A stretch of DNA of 24,000 bases, from positions 18,114 through 42,113 of the forward strand of contig JAIBJG010000020.1 of the NCBI GenBank assembly GCA_020029475.1, written 5' to 3'. A program made the translations under genes and the position numbers. The notes beneath the pieces are model-generated. The model did not search any database. It worked only from the letters and a program-made list of their open reading frames with translations, and was not told the origin of the DNA. Positions 1 through 10,700 of this stretch are shown here, one piece after another (the stretch's first letter is position 1; each line of letters opens with the position of its first letter). The DNA comes from Methanobacteriota archaeon (GTDB taxonomy: Archaea > Thermoplasmatota > Thermoplasmata > RBG-16-68-12).

Positions 1-534
1 GGATTCGCGCGCGGGGCGCCAGGGTCTGGACCTCCCCGAGGATCGCCCGGGTCGGCACGACGACGCCCTCGCAGTGGTTCAGGAACACGCGGAGGTACAG
101 CCGGAGGCCGCGCTCCAGAAGGTGCAGGTTCAGCCCGAGGGGGGAGTAGAACGGGATCGCCTCCTGGACGAGGGTGTGGAACGTCTGGACGATCGGGATC
201 TGGGAGGCCCAGGAGCACCACAGCCCCTTGATCCCCATGAAGCCGATCCCGTGGCTGTGGATCAGGTCCACGTCGAGGTCGTTCAGGGCCTCGATCTCGT
301 GGCCCGGGAAGATCGCCAGGCGGTACCCGGGGTACGGGCGGAACTCCTTCGCCTTCACGAAGATTGTGTCCCGCTCGACGTGGTGGCCGTTGCTCGGGTC
401 CTCCGGCGCGAACGTGAAGACCCGGTGGCCGTGGGCCTCGAGCTCCCGCCGGGTCGCGAGGACGCTGTTCACGACCCCGTCGACCGTGGGGAGGTAGGAG
501 TCCGTGAAGAGCGCGATGCGAAGGGACGTCGGGA

Positions 535-538
<4 letters not shown>
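1..538 (-). CDS. Glycosyltransferase family 4 (GT4), partial, C-terminus runs off the left edge
   Basis: Reverse-strand translation from GTG at 538: VIPTSLRIALFTDSYLPTVDGVVNSVLATRRELEAHGHRVFTFAPEDPSN...DLDVDLIHSHGIGFMGIKGLWCSW; typical GT4 N-terminus (TDSYLPTVDGVV, HSHG). Not in the supplied ORF track because it starts with GTG and has no stop in the window. Confidence 0.85.
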
Positions 539-1833
<1,295 letters not shown>

Positions 1834-1918
1834 CGAGGCCGCAATCGGAGGGGGCGCTTAAAGATTCGGCGCGGGGGCGGCGAACGTTTATGTGTCCTCC
1901 CCTCATCGCCGCTTCCCC

Positions 1919-2296
1919 ATGCGGGCCCACAGCGGACACTTCAGGTTCGACCGGTCCGTGACGTGGAAGAAGCTGCTGCCCGCATTCCGGCCCCTGTTCA
2001 CGAAGCTCCTCGAGGAGAGCGGCCAGATGCCCCAGGACCCGGAGATCCTCGCGGTGCTGATCGAGGAGAACCTCCGGGACCTCCGGGAGAACCGGAAGCC
2101 CGAGGGGTACAACCGGGAGGGGACGATGCGGATGATCTTCCCGATCTCCAAGAACGTCGAGTTCTACGTGTACAGCCGGACGAAAACAACGGAGGTGGGG
2201 CGGGTCGTCGAGGCCCTGAGCCGGATCCTCCAGAAGTACCGCCTGAAGCACACCGTGGAGTGGGACAAGCTCCTCGCGTTCCAGGACAAGAAGTGA
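1919..2296 (+). CDS. Conserved archaeal hypothetical protein (about 125 aa)
   Basis: ORF 1892..2296; ATG at 1919 preferred because a TATA-like cgtttatg lies at about 1885-1892. Codon usage and length fit a real gene; product unknown. Confidence 0.6.
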   Translation: MRAHSGHFRFDRSVTWKKLLPAFRPLFTKLLEESGQMPQDPEILAVLIEENLRDLRENRKPEGYNREGTMRMIFPISKNVEFYVYSRTKTTEVGRVVEALSRILQKYRLKHTVEWDKLLAFQDKK

Positions 2297-2299
2297 GGG

Positions 2300-2851
2300 T
2301 CACAGCGGGACCTCCTCGACGGTCGAGTACACGGGCCCCTGCGGGGTCAGGACGCTCTTCTTCAGCCGGACCCGGTCCACGAGAACCTCACCGAACGGGT
2401 CCCGTGCGTGGGCCCCCAACACCCGCCGCAGGTCGTCGAGCCCCCGCGGGCCCTTCACCCGCGCGACCGTGACGTGCGCGGAGAAGTCCCGCCCCTCCCT
2501 CGGATAGCCGAGGGGTTCCATTCCCGCCTCGAGACGCCGGGCGATTTCGACGAGGGGCTCCGCGCCCTCCATGCCGACCCACACGACGTTCATCCGGCGC
2601 AGGTTCGGGAAGGCGCCCGTCCCCACGAGGCGGACCGCGAAGGGGCGGTTCCCCGCCACGGTCGCCCGCATCGCCTCGACGATCCTCGGGACCAGGGCCT
2701 CCTCCGTGTCCCCCAGGAACTTCAGGGTTAGATGGACCTGGCCCAAGTCGACGATCTTCAGGGCGGCCCCCGTCCGTCGGAGCTCCTCCCCGAGCGCCCT
2801 TAGCGCATCGAGTTCCGGGAGGTCAACGGAGATGAACGCGCGGAACGCCAT
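2300..2851 (-). CDS. thpR: RNA 2',3'-cyclic phosphodiesterase (LigT/ThpR family)
   Basis: MAFRAFISVDLPE..., two HxT-type motifs: QVHLTLKFLGDT and SAHVTVARVK. Confidence 0.92.
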   Translation of the reverse strand: MAFRAFISVDLPELDALRALGEELRRTGAALKIVDLGQVHLTLKFLGDTEEALVPRIVEAMRATVAGNRPFAVRLVGTGAFPNLRRMNVVWVGMEGAEPLVEIARRLEAGMEPLGYPREGRDFSAHVTVARVKGPRGLDDLRRVLGAHARDPFGEVLVDRVRLKKSVLTPQGPVYSTVEEVPL

Positions 2852-2855
2852 CCCC

Positions 2856-3230
2856 TCACGGCCCTTCGGACTTCCGGAACGTGCGGGTCTCCGGGTCGAT
2901 CCGGCCCCGCGCGTGCCCCTCCTTGATGCTCAGGGCCATCAGCTGCTCCGCCTCGTCCACGGGCCGGCCGAGCCGTTCCGCGATCGTCTCCACCGACACC
3001 TCCCCATACCCCTCGAGGAGGGCGCCGACCTGCGCGAGGCCGCGGTCCCTCCGGTGCGCGGACCAGAACAACCACGCGAACGCCAAGGCGGGGAACAGCG
3101 CGATCCCCGCGCAGAGGCCCGCCGCGGGCGCGAGGGCCGCGGTTGTCCCCCCCGCGGCGACGGCGAACAGGGCGATCACGGAGAGCACGGCAACGGTGAG
3201 GAGCCCACCGAGTCCGAGGATGAAGTACAC
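2856..3230 (-). CDS. Membrane protein: two N-terminal TM segments followed by a cytosolic winged-helix/HTH-like domain
   Basis: MYFILGLGGLLTVAVLSVIALFAVAAGG...AGLCAGIALFPALAFAWLFWSAHRR then LLEGYGEVSVETIAERLGRPVDEAEQLMALSIKEGHARGRIDPETRTF. Confidence 0.7.
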   Translation of the reverse strand: MYFILGLGGLLTVAVLSVIALFAVAAGGTTAALAPAAGLCAGIALFPALAFAWLFWSAHRRDRGLAQVGALLEGYGEVSVETIAERLGRPVDEAEQLMALSIKEGHARGRIDPETRTFRKSEGP

Positions 3231-3255
3231 GTGCTTCGGCTTCGGCGGGATCGGA

Positions 3256-3939
3256 TCACCCCGAGACCGTCGTCCCGTGGAACGCGTCTCCGCAGATGGC
3301 GGCCCGCAGGGCGGTGAGGTCCCGCCCGTCCACGACGAGGAGGGGGAACCCCGCCTTCGCGGCGACCCTCGCCGCGACGGGGTCGAAGACGATTCTCGGG
3401 CCCGCGCGGGTGTGCCCCTCCCCCGTGAGCTCGATCAGCTTCGCGTACGTGAGCCGGTCGAACCGCCGCGCGAACGGGTTCTCCTTCGGGTCCTCCGCGT
3501 ACACGCCATCCACGCTCGTCGCGTTCACGAGCCGGTCCGCCTTGACGACGCGGGCGAGGCTCGCGGCGACCCGGTCCGTCGTCCATCCCGGGGACGTCCC
3601 GCCCATCAGGACGATGGGATGGCGGCGCGCGAGGCGGGCGGCCTCCGTGTACGTCTTCGCGGGCTCCTGGTTCGCGTGGGCTCCGAGGGGGATCGCGAGG
3701 AGCCGGGCGTTCATCCGCGTGATCTCGATCCCGAGCTCGTCGAGGCGGCGCTCCTTCGCCCCGAGGGCCCGCCCGGTCTCGATGTAGAACCGCGCGATCC
3801 GCCCGCCACCCGTGACCGCGAAGACCTTGTGGCTCGTCGTGAGCTCGACGAGGAGTTCCGCGAGCTTCGCGAGGTACGACGGGTCTCCATCCCCGGGCAC
3901 GAGGATGGACCCGCCCAGGGAGATCACGACCCGTTCCAT
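3256..3939 (-). CDS. pyrH: UMP kinase (archaeal type)
   Basis: From ATG at 3939: MERVVISLGGSILVPGDG...GGGRIARFYIETGRALGA...RLNARLL...TDRVAASLARVVKADRLVNATSVDGVYAEDPK; amino-acid kinase fold with UMPK features. The upstream part of the supplied ORF to 4230 is not coding. Confidence 0.88.
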   Translation of the reverse strand: MERVVISLGGSILVPGDGDPSYLAKLAELLVELTTSHKVFAVTGGGRIARFYIETGRALGAKERRLDELGIEITRMNARLLAIPLGAHANQEPAKTYTEAARLARRHPIVLMGGTSPGWTTDRVAASLARVVKADRLVNATSVDGVYAEDPKENPFARRFDRLTYAKLIELTGEGHTRAGPRIVFDPVAARVAAKAGFPLLVVDGRDLTALRAAICGDAFHGTTVSG

Positions 3940-4042
3940 GGGGACCGCGAGCGAATCCCCGCCCGCCGGAAATACCTTCCCCCGCTCCGACGCCGGAGGC
4001 CGGGAGAAAGGCTCTTTATCCGTGGGACCCCTCGTTCCGTCG

Positions 4043-4252
4043 ATGGTGGAGAACCCCTGCCCGTCGTGCGGGAAGCCGATGGAGCAGGGCTTCGTGATCG
4101 CGGAGAACTTCGTGGAGGGGGCGCGGTGGACGAAGCAGAAGACCCGCCTCGGCGCGGGCGGCGAGAAGATCGTCGAGGCGGACGCGTTCGGGAACCAGTA
4201 CATCCCGGGGTACCGCTGCCCGTCGTGCAAGCTCCTCCTGCTGTTCTACTAG
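4043..4252 (+). CDS. Small zinc-ribbon-like protein (69 aa)
   Basis: MVENPCPSCGKPMEQGFVIAENFVEGARWTKQKT...YIPGYRCPSCKLLLLFY; two CPSC knuckles. Confidence 0.75.
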   Translation: MVENPCPSCGKPMEQGFVIAENFVEGARWTKQKTRLGAGGEKIVEADAFGNQYIPGYRCPSCKLLLLFY

Positions 4253-4311
4253 GCCGACGCCCCGGAGTACTTTCAGCCATCTCCCCATGGAAAGACCAAG
4301 CACCCGGACGC

Positions 4312-4333
4312 GTTTCGACAATTTAGTCGAAAC
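4312..4333. repeat. Inverted-repeat element copy 1: GTTTCGAC-aattta-GTCGAAAC
   Basis: Perfect 8-bp arms around a 6-nt spacer; near-identical copy at 4660-4681. Confidence 0.8.
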
Positions 4334-4427
4334 GGCGGCGAGGTCCATGATGCGAAGATCGATGATGCGAAGGGTGAGGAGGGGGAAGCGGCGAGCGCGC
4401 GAGTCCGGTCACATCGTAACATGGGAC

Positions 4428-4658
4428 GTGAACAGTGCGGACTCCGCCGCGGTGAACCGACTCCGGCGCTTCGTGTTCGGGGACGTCTCCCGATCACGGG
4501 GCCGGACGTACCGGTATCCGGGGTTCGTCGAGCGCGACGGAGTCCGCTACCTGGGGCAGTCCGTCCTGTTCGTCCGCCCCTCGTTGTTGGCCGAGATCCA
4601 GACGTTCCTCTCCTGCATCGCGATCGATCACGAGGTCACCCCCGCGAGCGTCGGGTAA
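4428..4658 (+). CDS. Small hypothetical protein (about 76 aa)
   Basis: GTG-started frame VNSADSAAVNRLRRFVFGDVSRSRGRTYRYPGFVERDGVRYLGQSVLFVRPSLLAEIQTFLSCIAIDHEVTPASVG; lies between two inverted-repeat elements. Longer start at 4287 would run through copy 1. Confidence 0.45.
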   Translation: MNSADSAAVNRLRRFVFGDVSRSRGRTYRYPGFVERDGVRYLGQSVLFVRPSLLAEIQTFLSCIAIDHEVTPASVG

Positions 4659-4659
4659 C

Positions 4660-4681
4660 GTTTCGACAATCTAGTCGAAAC
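4660..4681. repeat. Inverted-repeat element copy 2: GTTTCGAC-aatcta-GTCGAAAC
   Basis: Differs from copy 1 by one nucleotide, in the spacer; immediately after the TAA at 4656-4658 and about 75 nt upstream of aRF1. Confidence 0.8.
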
Positions 4682-4756
4682 ACCCGCGGGTCGACTCGGC
4701 CCCGGACTCCGTGCTGAGAAAGCCTCATAACGACTCGGTCCTTTGCTTCGCACATC

Positions 4757-6001
4757 ATGGCGGAAGCACAGGCCCCCGCGAAGCTCTCCCCGATGGAGAA
4801 GTACCGCTTCAAGCGGGCGCTCGAGGAGGTCGAGAAGATCCAGGGGCGGGGCACGGAGCTCGTCTCCGTGTTCATCCCGCCGGACCGGCCGATCTTCGAG
4901 GTCACGAACTACCTGCGGGGCGAGTACTCGCAGAGCTCGAACATCAAGAGCGCGAGCACCCGGAAGCACGTGATGCAGGCAATCGAGTCCATCATCAACC
5001 GGTTGAAGGAGTACAAGATGCCCCCGCCAAACGGCCTCGTCTGCTTCGTGGGCCACATGGACGTCGGGGCGGACCAGACGAAGATGGTCGCGTACGTCCT
5101 CCAGCCGCCGGAGCCCGTCCCGTCGTTCCTGTACCGCTGCGACTCCCGGTTCTACACGGAGCCCCTCCACGAGATGCTCGCGGAGAAGGATGTCTACGGC
5201 CTCCTCGTGATCGACCAGGGGGAGGCGACGATCGGCCTCCTGGAGGGGAAGCGGATCACCCCCCTGAAGAACGTCCAGTCCCAGGTCCCCCGGAAGCACC
5301 GGATGGGGGGGCAGTCCGCCCGCCGCTTCGAGCGTCTCCACGAGCAGGCGGTCCACGAGTTCTTCAAGAAGATCGGGGACCTCGCGACGGAGGCGTTCCT
5401 GAACCGCCGGGAGCTGAAGGGGCTGATCATCGGCGGGCCCGGGTTCACGAAGGACACGTTCGTCAAGGAGGGGCACCTCCACCACGAGCTCGCGAAGACG
5501 GTCCTCGGGACGTTCGACACGGGGTACACGGACGAGTCGGGGCTGCGGGAGCTCGTCGCGAACGCGGCGGAGGTCCTCCGGGACCTCGACCTGATGCGGG
5601 AGAAGAACCTCGTCCAGCACCTGATGGACGAGATCCGGAAGGCGGAGGGCGGCCTCGCGGCCTACGGGGAGGAGCAGGTCCGCCGGGCCCTCGAGCTCGG
5701 GGCCGTCGACACCCTCCTGATCTCCGAGGGCCTCCGGAAGCTCCGCCTCGACCTCCGGTGCCCGAACTGCGGGCACACGGAGACCCGCACGGTCGCGGAC
5801 GAGTCGACGTTGCCGAAGTGCCCGGACTGCGGAAAGGACTTCGAGATCGCGTCCCGCACGGACATCGTGGACGTGTTCACGTCCCTCGCGGACCGGACGA
5901 ACGCGAAGGTCGAGCTGATCTCCGCGGACTCCGACGAGGGGGAGCTCCTGATAAAGGCCTTCGGTGGGATCGCCGCGATCCTCCGATACCGGGTGGCGTG
6001 A
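4757..6001 (+). CDS. prf1: Archaeal peptide chain release factor aRF1
   Basis: NIKS motif (SQSSNIKSASTRKHV), GGQ motif (RKHRMGGQSARRFERLHEQAVHEFF), C-terminal zinc-ribbon-like CPNCG..CPDCG. Confidence 0.96.
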   Translation: MAEAQAPAKLSPMEKYRFKRALEEVEKIQGRGTELVSVFIPPDRPIFEVTNYLRGEYSQSSNIKSASTRKHVMQAIESIINRLKEYKMPPPNGLVCFVGHMDVGADQTKMVAYVLQPPEPVPSFLYRCDSRFYTEPLHEMLAEKDVYGLLVIDQGEATIGLLEGKRITPLKNVQSQVPRKHRMGGQSARRFERLHEQAVHEFFKKIGDLATEAFLNRRELKGLIIGGPGFTKDTFVKEGHLHHELAKTVLGTFDTGYTDESGLRELVANAAEVLRDLDLMREKNLVQHLMDEIRKAEGGLAAYGEEQVRRALELGAVDTLLISEGLRKLRLDLRCPNCGHTETRTVADESTLPKCPDCGKDFEIASRTDIVDVFTSLADRTNAKVELISADSDEGELLIKAFGGIAAILRYRVA

Positions 6002-6002
6002 C

Positions 6003-7724
6003 GTGGCGCGCGACCCGTGGGCCGCGGTCCTCGCGGAGGCGGAGTCCCTCCGGACCCGCGCCGTCCTCTCCCTCAGCATCCCCCCGATCCCCGTCCCCTT
6101 CGAGGAGCCGGACGAAACCCTCGGGGACCTCGCGTTCGCGTGCTTCGTGTACGCGAAGCGGATGCAGCAGGCGCCGGACGTGATCGCCTCCCGGCTCGCG
6201 CCCCTAATCCCGCGGGGAAAGTTCATCGCCTCCGCGACCGCGACGGGCGGGTACGTGAACCTCCGCGTCGACCCCGCGGCGCTCGCATCGGAGACCCTCG
6301 GGGCGCTCCGGACCGCGGGGGAGGCGTACGGGGCGGGGGAACCCGGAAAGGAGCGGGTCCTCCTCGAGCACACGAGCGTGAACCCGACGGGGCCGATCCA
6401 CGTGGGCCGCGCGCGGAACCCGGTCATCGGGGACAGTCTCGCCCGGATCCTGCGCAAGGCGGGGTTCCCCCTCACGACCGAGTACCTCGTGAACGACGTC
6501 GGGAGGCAGATGGTCCTCCTGTACTGGGGCGTCACCCACCTGAAGCCGTCCGACGTGGCCCCCCCGCAATCCGCGAAGGAGGACCACGCGCTGCTCCCGT
6601 ACTACGTGAAGGCGAACGAGCTCGCGGAGAATGACCCGAACGTGAACCAGGAGGTGGAGGCCCTGATCCGTGCGTTCGAGGGCGGGGACGCGGACCTCAC
6701 GAAGGCGATCAGCTCCGTGTCCCGCCAGATCCTCTCCGGGATCCTGCAGACCCTGGACCGGATCGGGGTCGCGTTCGACCGCTTCTTCTGGGAGAGCGAC
6801 CTGATCCTCCAGGGGAAGATCGGCCCCGTGATCGAGCGCCTGAAGGCGCTCCCGGTGGTCCAGCAGGAGGACGGAGCGTACTACATCGACATGGCTCCCT
6901 TCGGCGTGAAGGGCCGGGAGACGAAGTGGTTCCTCACGAAGCGGGACGGCACGAGCCTGTACCCGACCCGGGACATCGCGTACCACATCGACAAGTTCAC
7001 GCGGTGCGACCTCGCAATCACCGTGCTCGGGGAGAACCACCGCCTCGAGTACGAGCAGCTGTGCACCGCGCTGAAGCTCCTCGGGGAGCGGCTGGCGGAA
7101 GCGGTGTTCTACTCGTACGTCGTCCTGCCGGAGGGGAAGATGCAGACCCGCCGCGGGCGGATCGTCGCGATGGACGACCTGATCGAGGAGGCCGTCGCCC
7201 GGGCCCAGGAGGAGGTGCGGAAGCGCCGCCCGGAGCTCCCGGAGTCCCAGATGCGGGAGATCGCCGAAGCCGTCGGGATCGCCGCCCTCCGGTACAACAT
7301 CGTCCGCGTGCAGGCGGAGAAGAAGATCACGTTCCGGTGGGAGGAGGCGCTGAACTTCGAGGGGAACTCGGCCCCGTTCCTCCAGTACGCTCATGCCCGC
7401 ACGCGCGGGATCCTGGGAAAGGGAGGACCCTTTGAGCCCGGGGACCCCGCGCTCCTCACGCATCCGGAGGAGGCCCGCCTCATGAAGCTCCTAGCGAGGT
7501 TTCCCCACGTGATCGGGAAGGCCGCGGAGAGTCGCCGGCCCCACGAGGTCGCCACGTTCGCGTACGACGTCGCCGCCCAGTTCAACCTGTTCTACCGGGA
7601 CTGCCCTGTGCTCACGGCGGACCCTCCGCTCCGGGCGGCCCGCCTCGGGCTCGTGGACGGCACGCGAATCGTCCTCCAGGGGGCGCTGGACTGCCTCGGG
7701 CTCCCCGCGCCCCACGAGATGTAA
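6003..7724 (+). CDS. argS: Arginyl-tRNA synthetase
   Basis: HTSVNPTGPIHVGRARNPVIGDSLARILRKAGFPLTTEYLVNDVGRQ (HIGH-type motif HVGR), KTRRGRIVAMDDLIEEA, YARARGIL in DALR domain. GTG at 6003 is 1 nt after the aRF1 stop; upstream ATG 5964 is the alternative start. Confidence 0.94.
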   Translation: MARDPWAAVLAEAESLRTRAVLSLSIPPIPVPFEEPDETLGDLAFACFVYAKRMQQAPDVIASRLAPLIPRGKFIASATATGGYVNLRVDPAALASETLGALRTAGEAYGAGEPGKERVLLEHTSVNPTGPIHVGRARNPVIGDSLARILRKAGFPLTTEYLVNDVGRQMVLLYWGVTHLKPSDVAPPQSAKEDHALLPYYVKANELAENDPNVNQEVEALIRAFEGGDADLTKAISSVSRQILSGILQTLDRIGVAFDRFFWESDLILQGKIGPVIERLKALPVVQQEDGAYYIDMAPFGVKGRETKWFLTKRDGTSLYPTRDIAYHIDKFTRCDLAITVLGENHRLEYEQLCTALKLLGERLAEAVFYSYVVLPEGKMQTRRGRIVAMDDLIEEAVARAQEEVRKRRPELPESQMREIAEAVGIAALRYNIVRVQAEKKITFRWEEALNFEGNSAPFLQYAHARTRGILGKGGPFEPGDPALLTHPEEARLMKLLARFPHVIGKAAESRRPHEVATFAYDVAAQFNLFYRDCPVLTADPPLRAARLGLVDGTRIVLQGALDCLGLPAPHEM

Positions 7725-7740
7725 GCGCGAGTCGTCGGGC

Positions 7741-10700
7741 TCAGAGCCGTTTCTTGCCCTTGTTGTCCTCTTCGGGCTCGGCCGCCTCGTCCTTGTCCTC
7801 GAGCTTCTTCTTCTCTTTCTTCTCTTTCTTCTCCTTGCGGCGGAAGACGAGCTCTCCCGAGCGGTACCGGCTGTATGTCCGCGCGGCGAAGGCGACCCCG
7901 ATCACGAGGGCGATGAACAGGATGATCGCGAGGGGGATCACCCAGCCCGCGAGCTTCACGAACACGCTCCCCGTGATCCGGTTCTGGCTGTCCACCCACG
8001 TGTACGGCTCCTTGCCGTCGTAGACCTTGATCTCCAGGGACTTGTTCCCCTGTGCCGGGAAGCTGATCAGGAAGATGAGCCGGACCCTCGCACCCGTGTT
8101 CACGCGCCGGTCGGTGATGGGGTTCCAATTCACGTCCAGCCATTGGGGGCTCGTGTTATTGAGAACGTTGACACCGTTCGGGTCTTTCGCTTCGAGGACC
8201 ACATGGACATCCGTCGCGTTCGCTCGGTTCGCGCCGTTCTCGATCATGAACGACACGTTGATCAGCTGGCCCTCCTCGGGCTGGCCGGGCTCGATCTTCA
8301 GGGAGGCGGCGATGTACTTCAGGTCCGGGTGCTTCGCGAGATCCACCGCCACTGCGATCCCCGACGTCAGGTTCGCGTAGTTCGGCGGGCGCCCGAGGAA
8401 GCCCGTGTCCGTCACGTTCACGGTGACGTTGTAGGAGACGTTGAACTCCCGCCACCAGACGGTGACGTTCCAACCCCATGTGGACGTAATCGCATTGTAG
8501 CCCTTCTGGCTGGAGATGTTCCCTTTCGAGTCGCAGGCGGGCGTGCAGTTCACGGGACCCGGGAAGTGCCATGTGTAGGAGAGGTTCCGGTTCGAGTCGT
8601 AGTTGTCCGAGGATGAGGAGGCGTTGAACGAGTAGTTCTTCCCCTCGACGAGGCTCGTCGTGACGATCCAGTCCCTCGAGGGGTCCAGGATCACGAAGTT
8701 CGGCGTGGGCTTCGTCTGGTAGCTGGGGATGCTGGCCGTGTGGTTGTTCAGCCAGGGGGGAGCCGTTGACCACGCCACGTCGCTGGAGCTGTCCCCATAG
8801 AACTTGATGGGACTGTCCTCGTCGACCTGGAGGTTCTTTCCCGTCCAGTCTCCGACAGTCCGGTTTGTCCTGAGCCTCGCGACGGGCGGCGTGTCGTCCA
8901 CGAAGATCTTGATGTCCCGATACGTCCGGTTCCCGCCCGCCTCGACGACGGTCAGGTTCACGGTGAACTCGTGGCCCTCCGCGGCGAGAATCGCGGCCGT
9001 GTAGTTGAACGTCGACGTGATGTTGTATCCGATCCGGGCCCGGTTCGTGTTGTTCGTAAAGTGCCAGGTGAAATTCGCGTCCCGAATGTTTCCGACGGGG
9101 TCGATCGACTGCTCGGCGGAGAACGTGATGTTCGTGTCCTCCGCGACGATCGCCGTGTAGTTCTTGTCGGTGTCGCTGAGCACGTGGAACTTCCCGATGG
9201 GGCCCGCCACGGCGGCCCGGGCGGTCCCGTTAATGGACTTCCGCACCGTCATCTCGATCTCCGACGTGGCCCCACTCGCCGAAAGGCCGGGATCCAGTGT
9301 GACGACGGTCCACAACGACGTCGTGATCGTCCCCGTGACCTTCTTGTCCGTCATCTCGTAGCCGCGGGGGAAGTCCACGACGATGACCTGGTCCTGGTAC
9401 ACGCTCTCGTTCACGTCGTTCGGCGTGGTCACGTTCACGAAGTACGTGGGCGCGGAATTCGCGAGCGGGGTCGTCGCACGCAGTCTGTAGGAAGCGGATC
9501 TGTTGATCCAGATCGCCCGGCCGCCCTCTGCGAAGTAGTTGACAGACCACGTGGGCGGCGGGACGCTCCAGTTGTGGATCGCGCCGTTCGTGGTCAGGAA
9601 GTCGTTTGTCGTCACATAGTACGGACTCCGGGTGCCCAGCCATGCTACGAAGGAGGCGTTTTCGCCAGCGTCCCGGACCCCGTTCGCGGTGCCATTGGGC
9701 AAGCCGAAGTGGTAGTCGATCTGGAGGTCCAGGCTGCGGATCTCCGCGAGCTTGAGCGCGGGAAGGGTGCTGTCCGAGCGGAGGGTCAGGTTTCGGCTCA
9801 CCGCCATCCTGCTCCAGTTCGTTTCGGCGTAACTGACCGTGGATCGGTACACCTCCTTCTCCGACACCGCGAGGAAGGAGTCGACCGGATTCCCCGCGTA
9901 CGGCGGGTTCAGCGGCGTCGTGATCGTCCGCGTCGCCGCCTTGTAGCCGTTGGCGTCGACGACCATCCGATACGTCTGGCCGGGCTCCGCATAGAAGGTA
10001 TACAGGCTGGCGACGACCTGCGCCTCGATCACCTTCCTGAACGCCGGCCAGGTCCTGTCCACGTTGTACAGGAACCCCACAACCCCCTGGTCGATCCGAC
10101 GGAAGTTGTCCGATCGGAAGGCGTGCCCGACGATGATGATGCCCCGCGTCAAGACAACGCGGGTGAAGTTCGTCGTGGCCGTGTCCACCAGCAACGTGAC
10201 CGGGTGGTATTCGTCCTTCGACACCTGGACCTCCAGCACGCCCCGCCAGATGGGGAAGGTCGCGAATCCCGTACCGTTCGTCGCGGAGGTCGAGACGACC
10301 TGGTTCTGCCCCTGATCGAGGAGGTTCACCGTCGCATCCGCGAGGGCCCCTGCGCTCCGGTAGGTCACGGTGAGTGTGTTGGTCCCGAAGAGGAAGTCGT
10401 TAAGGATCCGGACGCCGCCCGTGCTTTCGTCGAGCGTCCAGTTCTGCCCGGAGACCCCCCACAGCACACCGTCCTTGAACACGATCGCGCTCCCGGGGAT
10501 TACGGGATAGGAACTGAGGCGGGAGGTCGTGGACGCGTACCAATACGTCACGTTCAGGAACTGATGGGTCGAAGCGAGGCTCGCGGCGACCGTGGGGTTG
10601 AGGATCTGAAGGGTTCCATCGAAGAAATTGGACCACGTGTAGTCGACCGACGGGTTCAGGAACGTCCCCCGGTAGCGGACCTCGTAGTCCGTGGTCCACA

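Noticed and set aside
3940-4230. Upstream extension of the UMP kinase ORF to 4230
   Set aside because: Extension overlaps the oppositely oriented zinc-ribbon gene and its promoter; UMPK homology begins at MERVVISLGGS (3939).
4287-4427. Longer start (ATG 4287) for the small ORF upstream of aRF1
   Set aside because: Would translate straight through inverted-repeat copy 1 and gives an Arg/Met-rich N-terminus; kept as a minor alternative because both repeat copies read RFDNLVET in this frame.
4628-6535. 635-aa minus-strand ORF and 490-aa alternative frame across aRF1/argS
   Set aside because: Antisense or shifted relative to unambiguous aRF1 and ArgS coding sequence; no recognisable motifs.
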